64,000 bases of DNA. Source: Bacteroidales bacterium. Its GTDB lineage: Bacteria > Bacteroidota > Bacteroidia > Bacteroidales > UBA1402. Location of the stretch: contig JAFODP010000015.1 of assembly GCA_017380635.1 (NCBI GenBank), positions 6,155-70,154 of the forward strand, given 5' to 3'. Below the pieces are notes generated by a model. The model saw only the letters and a program-made list of their open reading frames with translations. It had not been told where the DNA came from and ran no database searches. This document shows, one piece after another, positions 8,576-17,066 of this stretch (position 1 is its first letter; each line of letters starts with the position of its first letter). Both the position numbers and the translations under genes were made by a program.

Positions 8576-8649
8576 GCCTCTTTAGCTCAGTTGGCCAGAG
8601 CACGTGATTTGTAATCTCGGGGTCGTTGGTTCGAATCCGACAAGAGGCT
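8576..8649 (+). tRNA. tRNA-Thr (anticodon TGT)
   Basis: Manual cloverleaf: acceptor GCCTCTT/AAGAGGC, D arm GCTC-AGTTGGCCA-GAGC, anticodon arm CGTGA-TTTGTAA-TCTCG (one U-U pair), T arm GTTGG-TTCGAAT-CCGAC. CCA is not encoded. Confidence 0.93.
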
Positions 8650-8673
8650 CGAATAAAGTATTTATAGGAATTT

Positions 8674-8724
8674 AAAACCGAATCTGTTCAAGCTCGCTTG
8701 AAAACAGATTCGGTTTTGAATTTT
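8674..8724 (+). terminator. Strong intrinsic terminator after tRNA-Thr
   Basis: 14-15-bp stem AAAACCGAATCTGTT / AACAGATTCGGTTTT, followed by a T-rich run. Confidence 0.7.
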
Positions 8725-8741
8725 CTATCGAAGCCTTTAGG

Positions 8742-8936
8742 CTTCGGGACTCGACGTCGGAAGCACGAGCGAAGCGAAGTGAATCCGACAAGAGAGTTGA
8801 AAATGCGAAAATTCTTTAGCCTTCGGGACTCGACGTCGGAAGCACGAGCGAAGCGAAGTGAATCCGATGTCGTATCAAATAAAGAAAGAAGCCGGGACTC
8901 GACGTCGGAAGCACGAGCGAAGCGAAGTGAATCCGA
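8742..8936 (+). repeat. Three copies of a 43-47-bp GC-rich repeat (8742-8788, 8821-8867, 8893-8936) separated by unique 32- and 25-bp spacers
   Basis: Copies 1 and 2 are identical over 47 bp (CTTCGGGACTCGACGTCGGAAGCACGAGCGAAGCGAAGTGAATCCGA). Copy 3 is identical over 44 bp. Copy 1 runs into GAATCCGACAAGAG, a 14-nt identity with the tRNA-Thr 3' end. Confidence 0.85.
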
Positions 8937-9026
8937 TGACGGTGAGCCCCATTGCACCGAAGAATAAACGAAAACTGCGCCAAACATACATTTGACGCAG
9001 TTTCTATCCTAGAGGATTTTCCGTAT

Positions 9027-10181
9027 TCAATCGAAGAGATTTCTGAATTTGGCGAAGATCTTTTCGCTGAGGCTGGGCGAGGTTTTGAAGTTGTCAGACT
9101 TTTCCATTTGCTCAATGGCTTTCTTTTCGTCCTTGCTCAATTTTTCAGGCACGTAAACGCTGATGTTTACCAAAAGGTCGCCGGTGCCGTAACGATTTAC
9201 CGAAGGCAAACCTTTGCCTCTCAGGCGTAGCACTTTACCAGGTTGAGTGCCCGCTTCGATTTTTACTTTCACCTTGCCATCGACGGTGGGTATTTCCACG
9301 CTTCCGCCCAAAGCAGCGGTGGGGAAGCTGAGCAACAAGTTGTAAATAAGATCGTTTTCGTCGCGAATCAGTTCGTCGTGCGCTTCTTCTTCAATCAGCA
9401 CCAGCAAGTCTCCATTAATGCCGCCGCGGCGAGCCGCATTACCTTTTCCGCTCACGGTGAGCTGCATACCTTCCATTACGCCGGCCGGAATATTGATGCT
9501 GATAACTTCTTCCTGCATCAAGACACCTTCTCCATGACAATGTGAACATTTTTCGGTGATGATTTTGCCGTCGCCCTGACAATCGGGACAAACTTGCGAA
9601 GTCTGCATGCGACCCAAAATAGTGTTGGTGACGCGCGTTACCGAGCCGCGACCCTGACAGGTGGGACAAGTTTTGTGAGCATTGCCATTGGCTTCGCCTG
9701 AGCCTTGACAATGAGGACAAGCCACCGCTTTGCGCACCTTGATTTTCTTTTCAACACCTTTGGCAATATCCTGCAAGTTCAGTTTTACTTTTACGCGCAG
9801 GTTGGAACCACGATTGACGCGTGGACCGCCGCCACCGCCACCGAAGCCGCCAAAGCCACCGAAACCGCCGCCAAAGCCACCTCCGAACAAATCGCCGAAA
9901 CGCGAGAATATGTCTTCCATGCTGAAACCGGCACCGCCAAAGCCTCCATCGCCCCCCAAACCGGCATGGCCAAATTGGTCGTAGCGCTGACGCTTTTCGG
10001 CGTTGCTCAGCACTTCGTAAGCTTCGGCCGCTTCCTTAAATTTTTCTTCGGCCTCTTTGTCGCCCGGATTCTTGTCGGGGTGATATTGTATCGCTTTTTT
10101 GCGGTAAGCTTTCTTGATTTCGTCTTCCGAAGCCGTCTTGCTTACCCCAAGCACTTCATAATAATCTCTTTTTTCTGCCAT
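9027..10181 (-). CDS. dnaJ: Molecular chaperone DnaJ
   Basis: J domain (DYYEVLGV...YHPDKNPGD), G/F-rich linker, four CxxCxGxG zinc motifs and a C-terminal substrate-binding domain. Confidence 0.97.
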   Translation of the reverse strand: MAEKRDYYEVLGVSKTASEDEIKKAYRKKAIQYHPDKNPGDKEAEEKFKEAAEAYEVLSNAEKRQRYDQFGHAGLGGDGGFGGAGFSMEDIFSRFGDLFGGGFGGGFGGFGGFGGGGGGPRVNRGSNLRVKVKLNLQDIAKGVEKKIKVRKAVACPHCQGSGEANGNAHKTCPTCQGRGSVTRVTNTILGRMQTSQVCPDCQGDGKIITEKCSHCHGEGVLMQEEVISINIPAGVMEGMQLTVSGKGNAARRGGINGDLLVLIEEEAHDELIRDENDLIYNLLLSFPTAALGGSVEIPTVDGKVKVKIEAGTQPGKVLRLRGKGLPSVNRYGTGDLLVNISVYVPEKLSKDEKKAIEQMEKSDNFKTSPSLSEKIFAKFRNLFD

Positions 10182-10199
10182 AATTGTTTATGCCTTATA

Positions 10200-10775
10200 T
10201 TAATTGGCCACTACCACTTTTGCGAAACGTATAACCTTGTCGTTCAGGAAATAACCTTTCTGTACGCAATCCACTACTTTGCCCTTCATGCTTTCATCGG
10301 GAGCGGGAATCATGGTGATGGCTTCGTGCAAATCGGTATCGAAAACCTGATCTTTGGTATCGATGGCCGCTACGCCGTTTTGCTTCAAGAACGATTGCAA
10401 TTTGTTGTAAACCAATGTCATGCCTTCTTTTACTGCCTCGATGTTTTCTGCTGTTTCAAGCGCGTTCAAACCTCTTTCAAAATCGTCGATAACGCCCAAA
10501 ATGTTGGTCAAAACTTTTTCGCCACCATTCTTTATCAGTTCGGCTTTTTCGGCCAAAGTGCGCTTGCGATAGTTTTCGAATTCGGCGCGGCTACGCAAAT
10601 AAGTGTCGTTGAGTTGTTCGTATTTAGCCTTCAGTTCGTCCAATTCCGAAAGACTTTCCTTAGCTTCGCTTTCGTTTTGAACTTCCTGATTCTGAGTTTC
10701 TTGGTTCTTGTTGTCCAAGATTTCTTCTGTGTTTTCATTTGCGGCCTGCTGGCCTTCTTTCTTCGTTTTGTTCAT
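10200..10775 (-). CDS. grpE: Nucleotide exchange factor GrpE
   Basis: 191 aa with an acidic N-terminus, the RSRAEFENYRKR motif and a C-terminal ...GYFLNDKVIRFAKVVV. It lies directly upstream of dnaJ. Confidence 0.95.
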   Translation of the reverse strand: MNKTKKEGQQAANENTEEILDNKNQETQNQEVQNESEAKESLSELDELKAKYEQLNDTYLRSRAEFENYRKRTLAEKAELIKNGGEKVLTNILGVIDDFERGLNALETAENIEAVKEGMTLVYNKLQSFLKQNGVAAIDTKDQVFDTDLHEAITMIPAPDESMKGKVVDCVQKGYFLNDKVIRFAKVVVAN

Positions 10776-10861
10776 TATGATGTTGTTTTAATTGCTGATG
10801 ATTTCGCAGTCCGTAGCAAAAACTTTGCCAAAGCATTCGGTCTGACTCTTTGTCAGTTGAA

Positions 10862-11698
10862 TCAACGCAAAAGACTGCCATCCAAAGCGCAAATGCTGCC
10901 CCAATCTTCTTCATCCACGGGAACGCCGAAATTGTCGCCGGCTTCAGCCAAACATTCGATGATGGCTTCGAGGCTTTCGCTGTCGTCGTCTTTGCTGATG
11001 GAAATCAGGATAAAATCGTCTTGGCAGGCTTGATAATCGAGTTCGTAATCGGCGGCCAATTGTTTGAAATCTTCTTGGCTACAATTTTCGGGAAGTCTGA
11101 TTTTCAGAGTGTTGAAAAAAGCATTGTTTTCCTGTTCGTAACCATACACTTCCAAAGCATCGTTCAGGTAAGCACAAAGTCCGTGCATGCGAGCAGCTTC
11201 TTCTTTCGAAATCGACAAAGGATTTTCGTCTACGGAAGTTTCGTCTGCAAACGTTTTCTCACCACATGTCAGCCAGTATGGTTGCAGTTGGCCATAAGCT
11301 ATGTCGGCACCCATCTGCTTTGGACTCTTCAACAAAGGCAAAGCCTCTGTCTGACAAGACATAATCAAACGGATTTGCTGTTCTTTCAAACTTTCGCTCA
11401 AATCGCTGTAATCTTCGATGTTGCCTTCGCAGTTGGGGTAAGCCACGATGAAGGCAGCGCAATCCTTTTCCTTGAAAAACAAAGCTGCGTCCTTTTCAAT
11501 CAGCTGAAAATGATGCTGTTCGCAGGCTTTCTGAAAGGCTTGGCGTTCATCGTCCTTTACGTAAGGATCTATCAGAATCTTGTGGCAAACGGCTTCGCTC
11601 TGTTTCTGAAGATTGGTGATGATGGCCGAGGCTAAACTATCGATGTTAGGATAATTGCCCACAAAGCAAGGGTGTCCTGTCAATTCTTTGATGCTCAT
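10862..11698 (-). CDS. Hypothetical protein resembling a shortened N-terminal half of glycine dehydrogenase (GcvP), probably non-catalytic
   Basis: The segment AAFIVAYPNCEGNIEDYSDLSESLKEQQIRLIMSCQTEALPLLKSPKQMGADIAYGQLQ parallels the E. coli GcvP segment [60 protein letters not shown] as I remember it. The C-terminal PLP-lysine half is absent. Confidence 0.5.
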   Translation of the reverse strand: MSIKELTGHPCFVGNYPNIDSLASAIITNLQKQSEAVCHKILIDPYVKDDERQAFQKACEQHHFQLIEKDAALFFKEKDCAAFIVAYPNCEGNIEDYSDLSESLKEQQIRLIMSCQTEALPLLKSPKQMGADIAYGQLQPYWLTCGEKTFADETSVDENPLSISKEEAARMHGLCAYLNDALEVYGYEQENNAFFNTLKIRLPENCSQEDFKQLAADYELDYQACQDDFILISISKDDDSESLEAIIECLAEAGDNFGVPVDEEDWGSICALDGSLLR

Positions 11699-11702
11699 AG
11701 TT

Positions 11703-12890
11703 TTATGCTAATAAGTCGATGATTTCGTCGCTGAGTGATACTAATTTTTCGCCACCATTTTCGGTAATGATGAAGGTGTTTTCTACGCCCACGGCCCCGA
11801 TGCCTTCAATCACCATTTTTGGTTCGACGGCCAAAACCATGCCGGCTTGCAGTGGCTCTTTCATGCGCGGAGCGAGTACGGGCAATTCGTTGATAACCAA
11901 TCCAACCCCGTGGCCTACGAACTTGGCTTGCTGACGGCATCCCATGAAATATTCGGCCATGCCGGCTTCCTGAGCAATTTTCAATGCGCCATTGTACAAA
12001 TCTTCGCAAATGACGCCGGGACGAAGATTTTCCTGCACATAAGCTTGAATATCAAGGGCAACCTGATGCGCACGATACGCAATATCGGGCAATTTTCCCA
12101 AACTGTAGCAGCGACTCAAATCGTCGAGGTAACCGCTGAAATTGCCACACATGTCTACCAGAATGCTTTGTCCTTCGCGCAAGGCCGTGTCCTGAGTGGC
12201 GCCAATGGGATTCGAAGGATGTCCGGCACCTCCCAAAGCGAAATCGTAAGGCGAACTGGCGGCCGCATTGTCTCCGGCCACGACGCTTCCCATAAAAGAT
12301 TCCATGTCAATGCCATAGCAACGGAAAAGTCCTAAACAGCCTCCTTTACGCATCTGATATTCGATTTCGATGCAGAAATCTTTTTCGCTCATGCCCGGAC
12401 GATAAATAGAGGGAATGTTGCGGTAAACGGCTTCGTGCAGGCGGGCTGATTGACGGATCTGTTCCAATTCGTATTCGGTTTTCACGCTACGCGCCTGACG
12501 CAACATGTGGCTGATGTTCTTGATTTGGCTTGTGGCGAACATTTTCTCGAAGCGGGCCCATTGCGATTGTGGCATTTCTTCGCCTTCCAAACCGATGCTT
12601 GCGGGCAAAGCCAGACCGGCTGCCATGATAACTTCGATTATCTGTTCGGGTTTGCGGATAAAATGACAATGTCCATCTTGCAGTTGCAAAGCCTTCAGGT
12701 TGAAGTCGGAAGGACGACGCACAAAGCTGAACACTTCACCTTCGAGAGGAATATAGGTGTAACCCTGGAAGATACATTGATGCAAATAATAGGTGTTGAC
12801 CGGAGTCGAAACGATGCAGGCTTCCAATTGGTTGCGTTGCATTTGTTCTCTGATTTTCAGAACTTTGAGTTTTCTTTCTGTCTGTATCAT
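11703..12890 (-). CDS. M24-family metallopeptidase (Xaa-Pro aminopeptidase/creatinase-like)
   Basis: 395 aa with a creatinase-like N-domain and a pita-bread fold showing DMCGNFSGYLDDLSRC, HGVGLVINELP and VLAVEPK...GVENTF. Confidence 0.9.
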   Translation of the reverse strand: MIQTERKLKVLKIREQMQRNQLEACIVSTPVNTYYLHQCIFQGYTYIPLEGEVFSFVRRPSDFNLKALQLQDGHCHFIRKPEQIIEVIMAAGLALPASIGLEGEEMPQSQWARFEKMFATSQIKNISHMLRQARSVKTEYELEQIRQSARLHEAVYRNIPSIYRPGMSEKDFCIEIEYQMRKGGCLGLFRCYGIDMESFMGSVVAGDNAAASSPYDFALGGAGHPSNPIGATQDTALREGQSILVDMCGNFSGYLDDLSRCYSLGKLPDIAYRAHQVALDIQAYVQENLRPGVICEDLYNGALKIAQEAGMAEYFMGCRQQAKFVGHGVGLVINELPVLAPRMKEPLQAGMVLAVEPKMVIEGIGAVGVENTFIITENGGEKLVSLSDEIIDLLA

Positions 12891-12998
12891 TATAATTGAA
12901 TATGTTTTTAGAATATAGGATGCGGCTCGGCATAAAATTCAAGCTAACTTGAGTTTTATAATTGCTGAAAAATGAATCGCAAAATTACTAATTTTTTA

Positions 12999-13006
12999 TA
13001 ATTTTG
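12999..13006 (+). promoter_or_regulatory. -7 box TAATTTTG for the racemase-fold/MFS operon
   Basis: Consensus match 58 nt upstream of the ATG at 13065. Confidence 0.45.
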
Positions 13007-13064
13007 CGAGTGACGAATTACTAACAACCCGAAGCTTCTGCCGACGGATAAAAATTTTAACATC

Positions 13065-13733
13065 ATGATTAGAGTAGTGGCCGTTCATACGGCAATGGCC
13101 TTGGTTGAACCATTGACCAAGATTTTTAAGGAATATCTTCCTGAAGTAAAGTTGAACCATATTGCAGACGACAGTCTCATCCAAGAAGTGATTGCTAACG
13201 ACCAAGTGACTCCCGCCGTGCGTCGTCGCTTGTTGGCTTATTATCACACCGCAGCCGCTTCGGGCGCCGATGTAGTATTCAACTGTTGTTCTTCAGTGGG
13301 CGATGTGGCCGATATGGGTAACGAAATTGCGCCTATTCCTGTGTTCCGTATCGATTATCCTATGGCTATGCAGGCGGTGAATTCAGCCAAACGTATTGCG
13401 GTGATTTCTACTTTGCCCACTACTTTGGATCCTACGCGTCGTCTCTTGGAACGTGCTGCTAAAGAAGCCGGCAAGGAAGTTGTTTTGGTAGATGGTTTGG
13501 CTAAGGGAGCTTTCCAGGCTGGTCAGTCTGGCGATGGTGAAACCCACGATCGTCTTATTCGTGAAGCTGCCGAAGCTATTGCAGATCAGGTAGATTTGTT
13601 TGTTTTGGCACAAGGTTCTATGGCTCGTATGGAACAGAAATTGGCAGAAATTACCGGCAAACCTGTTTTGTCGAGTCCGGTTTCCGGCGTGCTTGGTTTG
13701 AAGAAATTCTTGCAAGAAAAAGGCCTGATTTAA
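13065..13733 (+). CDS. Asp/Glu/hydantoin racemase-superfamily protein
   Basis: 222 aa. VVFNCCSSVG marks the first catalytic Cys region. The second half, FVLAQGSMA, appears to lack the second Cys. The stop is 1 nt before the MFS start. Confidence 0.7.
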   Translation: MIRVVAVHTAMALVEPLTKIFKEYLPEVKLNHIADDSLIQEVIANDQVTPAVRRRLLAYYHTAAASGADVVFNCCSSVGDVADMGNEIAPIPVFRIDYPMAMQAVNSAKRIAVISTLPTTLDPTRRLLERAAKEAGKEVVLVDGLAKGAFQAGQSGDGETHDRLIREAAEAIADQVDLFVLAQGSMARMEQKLAEITGKPVLSSPVSGVLGLKKFLQEKGLI

Positions 13734-13734
13734 T

Positions 13735-14994
13735 ATGAAGAAAAGATCTTGGATTCTGGTGATGCTCATATTTTTGGGCGTCGTTACCTTTTTGGATAGA
13801 ATCAATATTACGGTAGCCGGTTCGGCCATTATGCGCGACCTTAATCTGACGCCCGACCAATGGGGTTGGATTTTGAGTGCCTTTATTCTTTCGTATGGTT
13901 TGATGCAGATTCCCATGGGTGCCATGGGCGACAAGCGCGGACATCGTTCTACTTTGGCTTTGATTGTGCTTTGGTGGTCGGCATTCACGGCATTCACTGG
14001 TATGGCGGGTGGTTTTGTCAGTCTGATTCTGATTCGCTTTATGTTCGGCATCGGAGAAGCCGGTTCGTCTCCTTGTTCAACGGGTGTTATCAGTCGATGG
14101 TTTCCCAAAAAAGAAGTAGGTAAAGCGCAAGGATTTATCTGGGCTGCCAGTCGTATGGGTGGTGCTTTGACGCCTTTCATCGTTTTGCCTGTTATTACAC
14201 ATCTGGGCTGGCGTGCGGCATTCTATATTCTTGGTGCAGTGGGCGTTATCTGGTCTATCGTATGGTATCTTTTCTATCGCAATCAGCCTAAGGAAATGCG
14301 CGGTATCAGCGCAGAAGAAATTGCCGAAGCGCCTGTAACGCACATGGCAGTTAGCACCGAAAAAGTCTCCATCCCTTGGAAATCATTGCTTTCGTCTAAG
14401 CAGTTTTGGCTTATCCTGTCGATGTATTTCTTCTACGCTTTCGGTAGTTGGTTCTTCTTCTCTTGGTTCCCCACTTTCATGGAATTGGGACGCGGTTTCG
14501 AAAAAGATCAGCTTACTTACGCCATCGCCGTGCCTTTCGTTATGAGTATGATTGGTAATATTTCCGGTGGTTATCTCACCGACAAGTTGAGTGCAAAATA
14601 TGGTTTGAAAGTGGGTCGTAAGGCTTTGGGTTCCAGTTCTTTGATTGTTTCGGCTATCTTTATGTTCTTGGCTGCTTTCATTCCCGGCAAGATGCAAGTG
14701 TTCATCTTCTTGTCTTTGGCTTTCGGTATCATCGACTTGATGCTTCCCAGCGCATGGGCTTTGTGTATCGACCTTGGTAAAAAATATTCGGGTGCCGTTT
14801 CCGGAGCCATGAACACTGCCGGCAATTTGGGTGGTTTTGTTTGTTCGCTTATTTTTGGTTACGTGGTGAGCGCCACCGGCAATTACAACCTGCCTTTGTA
14901 CATCATTGCGGGCATGTTGGTAATCTCGGCCATTATCTTTATGTTCATCGATCCAACCAAGCAACTTATTTCTGACGAAGAAAATTTGTTATAA
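13735..14994 (+). CDS. MFS transporter, anion:cation symporter (ACS, glucarate/galactonate/hexuronate-like) type
   Basis: 419 aa with 12 predicted TM segments. GAMGDKRGHR and RFMFGIGEAGSSP are typical of the ACS subfamily. Confidence 0.88.
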   Translation: MKKRSWILVMLIFLGVVTFLDRINITVAGSAIMRDLNLTPDQWGWILSAFILSYGLMQIPMGAMGDKRGHRSTLALIVLWWSAFTAFTGMAGGFVSLILIRFMFGIGEAGSSPCSTGVISRWFPKKEVGKAQGFIWAASRMGGALTPFIVLPVITHLGWRAAFYILGAVGVIWSIVWYLFYRNQPKEMRGISAEEIAEAPVTHMAVSTEKVSIPWKSLLSSKQFWLILSMYFFYAFGSWFFFSWFPTFMELGRGFEKDQLTYAIAVPFVMSMIGNISGGYLTDKLSAKYGLKVGRKALGSSSLIVSAIFMFLAAFIPGKMQVFIFLSLAFGIIDLMLPSAWALCIDLGKKYSGAVSGAMNTAGNLGGFVCSLIFGYVVSATGNYNLPLYIIAGMLVISAIIFMFIDPTKQLISDEENLL

Positions 14995-15140
14995 GTAATC
15001 ATCTGCTGCGCTTTTATCAATATTGGGGCTCGGTCATTTACGAAAGTAAACTCCCGTCGTCCCAAATCTTAAAACCGCAACATCTAATCACTTCTGACAA
15101 ATTTTCAAAGTAAAGCGAATAAGCAATCATCTGCTGCGCT
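14992..15140 (+). repeat. Imperfect direct duplication of about 34 bp (14992-15025 and 15120-15154; core TAAGYAATCATCTGCTGCGCT) starting at the MFS stop codon
   Basis: Read directly. The 21-bp cores match at 20 of 21 positions and start 128 bp apart. Confidence 0.6.
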
Positions 15141-15232
15141 GTTTTCAAGATTGAAAAAAAGACCGGGCATTAGGAATGAATTTTCCTTGCTCGGTCTTTC
15201 TTATGGTGCTATTTTCGATGAAAATGCTGACC

Positions 15233-15649
15233 TTATCGGTTCATCTTGGTGTAAAGGGCTTTTTCGTCGCGGTACTGTAATATTAGTGTGGAATCGTTGG
15301 GCAGGCTGATGCTATAAACCTTTCTTTTGTTGTAATCGTCTCCCTCCGAAATGACGATACCCGAAAGGAACAGTTTCATTTCTTTTGCGTCGAAAGCGTA
15401 AATGGAATAATTCGATAAATCGCAGATGGCAAACTTTTTGTTGGTTTTCAGCTTGTTGATGCAAGCCATCTGTAAGATGTCGTCGAAAATCAGGATGTTA
15501 GCACCGTATTCAATCTGGGTTTTATTTCCTTTGCTGTCTTCAATTTCTTGAAGCATCCAATTTCCGACAAGGCTGTTTTTGTTGTTGTCGGCCCAAGAAC
15601 TCAGGCAGATAAAGCAAGCCATCATCAGAGATAAAGCGAGTTTTTTCAT
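15233..15649 (-). CDS. Small secreted lipocalin-like protein
   Basis: 138 aa with a signal peptide. GNWMLQEIE resembles the G.W.L start of lipocalin-like domains. The gene is visibly AT-richer than its neighbours. Confidence 0.55.
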   Translation of the reverse strand: MKKLALSLMMACFICLSSWADNNKNSLVGNWMLQEIEDSKGNKTQIEYGANILIFDDILQMACINKLKTNKKFAICDLSNYSIYAFDAKEMKLFLSGIVISEGDDYNKRKVYSISLPNDSTLILQYRDEKALYTKMNR

Positions 15650-15719
15650 GATGGTTTCAGTTTGATTTGTTCAACATTCATTCAACATTCATTCAAGACG
15701 AGGGCATAACCAAGTCGAT

Positions 15720-17057
15720 TTATTTCAACTTCTCAAAAGCTTCGGCCAAAGAGTTTTCGTTGCCCACGTTGCCGGGGAAAATGATGTAAGGCAAATGCGC
15801 GAAACGAGCCGAATTGTCGGTGCGGATGCAAGGCACGCCGGAGAGAATTTGTCCCATCACGCGAGCCAGTTTGATGTTGAGCCCGTGCGTGAGGATATCG
15901 TGCGAAGTGATGCCGCCTTTGGCCACCAAGTAAGCCGGCTGATAGGGAAGACGCGCCACAATGCCCACCAAAAAATCGGACACTTTCTGACCCAGCGCCT
16001 GACGTTCGTCGGCATTGTCCAGACGCACTTCCTTGCGGGCGGTATACACCACAGGCGTCAGGCCGGCTGCATCGCAGGCAATCAGTTCGGTTTGCAGTTT
16101 TTCCCACAGTTCGTCACTGCGATACAGGATATCTTCGATGCTCAGTTCGATGCCTTGCACTTGAGGACACTGCAACAGCTTCTCTAATTGCGCGGTGGTT
16201 TTCTTTACATGCGAACCCACGATGAACAAACCTTGATGCAAATTTTCGCCTTGAATCAATTCGTCTTTGCTAAGTAAATCCTTGTTTTCGATGCCGCTCA
16301 GCGCTTTGGGCAATGAGGATGATGTGCGCAAAACCGCCACGCGATGGTCTTGCGAAAGATATTGCAACAAACAGGCAGCAAAGTTTTCCAAATCGTCGTA
16401 AGTGTCGGCATCCACCGTAAGGAAAGCCGGCTCGTTATTTTGTAAAGCTTCGATGTAAGTCTTCAGATTTTCAAGCTTTTCGCCCTTGCGGAAACGTTCG
16501 TAAGCAAAAGCCTTTCCGCCTAATTTCTCTGCGATATAATCTTGCAGATTGGCATGATGATAGGCAAAGACATTGTCGCGGGCAAATTCGGTTTCGTTCA
16601 CCGGAATCAACTTGTCGCCATCTTTCAGATAATGAACACCGTCGATGCTAAGACGACCCACTTCGATGAAAGCCGGAGCAAAAATCGTAAGCGGCAATCG
16701 ATCGATGTCGCAAGCTTCCAGGCATTCGTGCATAACGTTGGTTTCCAGCGGAAAATGACCGCGCAAAGTGGAATCACTGCGACTCACAAAAATGAGACGA
16801 TAGTTGAAATCTTGGTTGGCTTTCAGAATGGCCTGCATGGCCGAGCGCGTCACTTCGGCAGCTTGGGCGGCGGTCATGGCGCGGGTATTGGTGAGCACAT
16901 AAAAGAAATCGGCCTCGTCTTGGAAGGCACGCTGTACATTTTCTTCCGACCAATCGGTGAGCAGCAGGCAGCCATGCACGGTTTGTATGCCGGTGGGATC
17001 GTCGTCCAAGGCAATCATTTTGAAACGAGATGCCTTGAGTAATTCTTTGATGTTCAT
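15720..17057 (-). CDS. Four-carbon acid-sugar kinase family protein (DUF1537; OtnK/DtnK-like)
   Basis: 445 aa. It starts ...IALDDDPTGIQTVHG and has the two-domain layout typical of DUF1537. The C-terminal domain shows LVAKGGITSHD. Confidence 0.85.
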   Translation of the reverse strand: MNIKELLKASRFKMIALDDDPTGIQTVHGCLLLTDWSEENVQRAFQDEADFFYVLTNTRAMTAAQAAEVTRSAMQAILKANQDFNYRLIFVSRSDSTLRGHFPLETNVMHECLEACDIDRLPLTIFAPAFIEVGRLSIDGVHYLKDGDKLIPVNETEFARDNVFAYHHANLQDYIAEKLGGKAFAYERFRKGEKLENLKTYIEALQNNEPAFLTVDADTYDDLENFAACLLQYLSQDHRVAVLRTSSSLPKALSGIENKDLLSKDELIQGENLHQGLFIVGSHVKKTTAQLEKLLQCPQVQGIELSIEDILYRSDELWEKLQTELIACDAAGLTPVVYTARKEVRLDNADERQALGQKVSDFLVGIVARLPYQPAYLVAKGGITSHDILTHGLNIKLARVMGQILSGVPCIRTDNSARFAHLPYIIFPGNVGNENSLAEAFEKLK

Positions 17058-17066
17058 AATATTAGC

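Noticed and set aside
8742-8936. CRISPR array interpretation of the three 47-bp repeats
   Set aside because: There are only three units, the spacers are unequal (32 and 25 bp), no cas genes are in the window, and the repeat is GC-rich and partly derived from the tRNA-Thr 3' end. It is kept as a minor alternative in the findings but not called as CRISPR.
8003-8987. Small ORFs (66-112 aa) covering the repeat regions on both sides of the SRP/tRNA-Thr unit
   Set aside because: Their translations are just periodic readings of the DNA repeats (FVGSQ..., RDSTSEARAKRSESD... repeated). There is no start context or promoter box, and they overlap each other in several frames.
9705-11635. Plus-strand ORFs of 442 aa, 261 aa and a [10 protein letters not shown]-rich 84 aa opposite dnaJ, grpE and the GcvP-like gene
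   Set aside because: They are antisense shadows. The proline/lysine tract is simply the complement of the DnaJ Gly/Phe-rich linker. One ORF runs across an intergenic gap between two real genes, which a genuine gene is unlikely to do.
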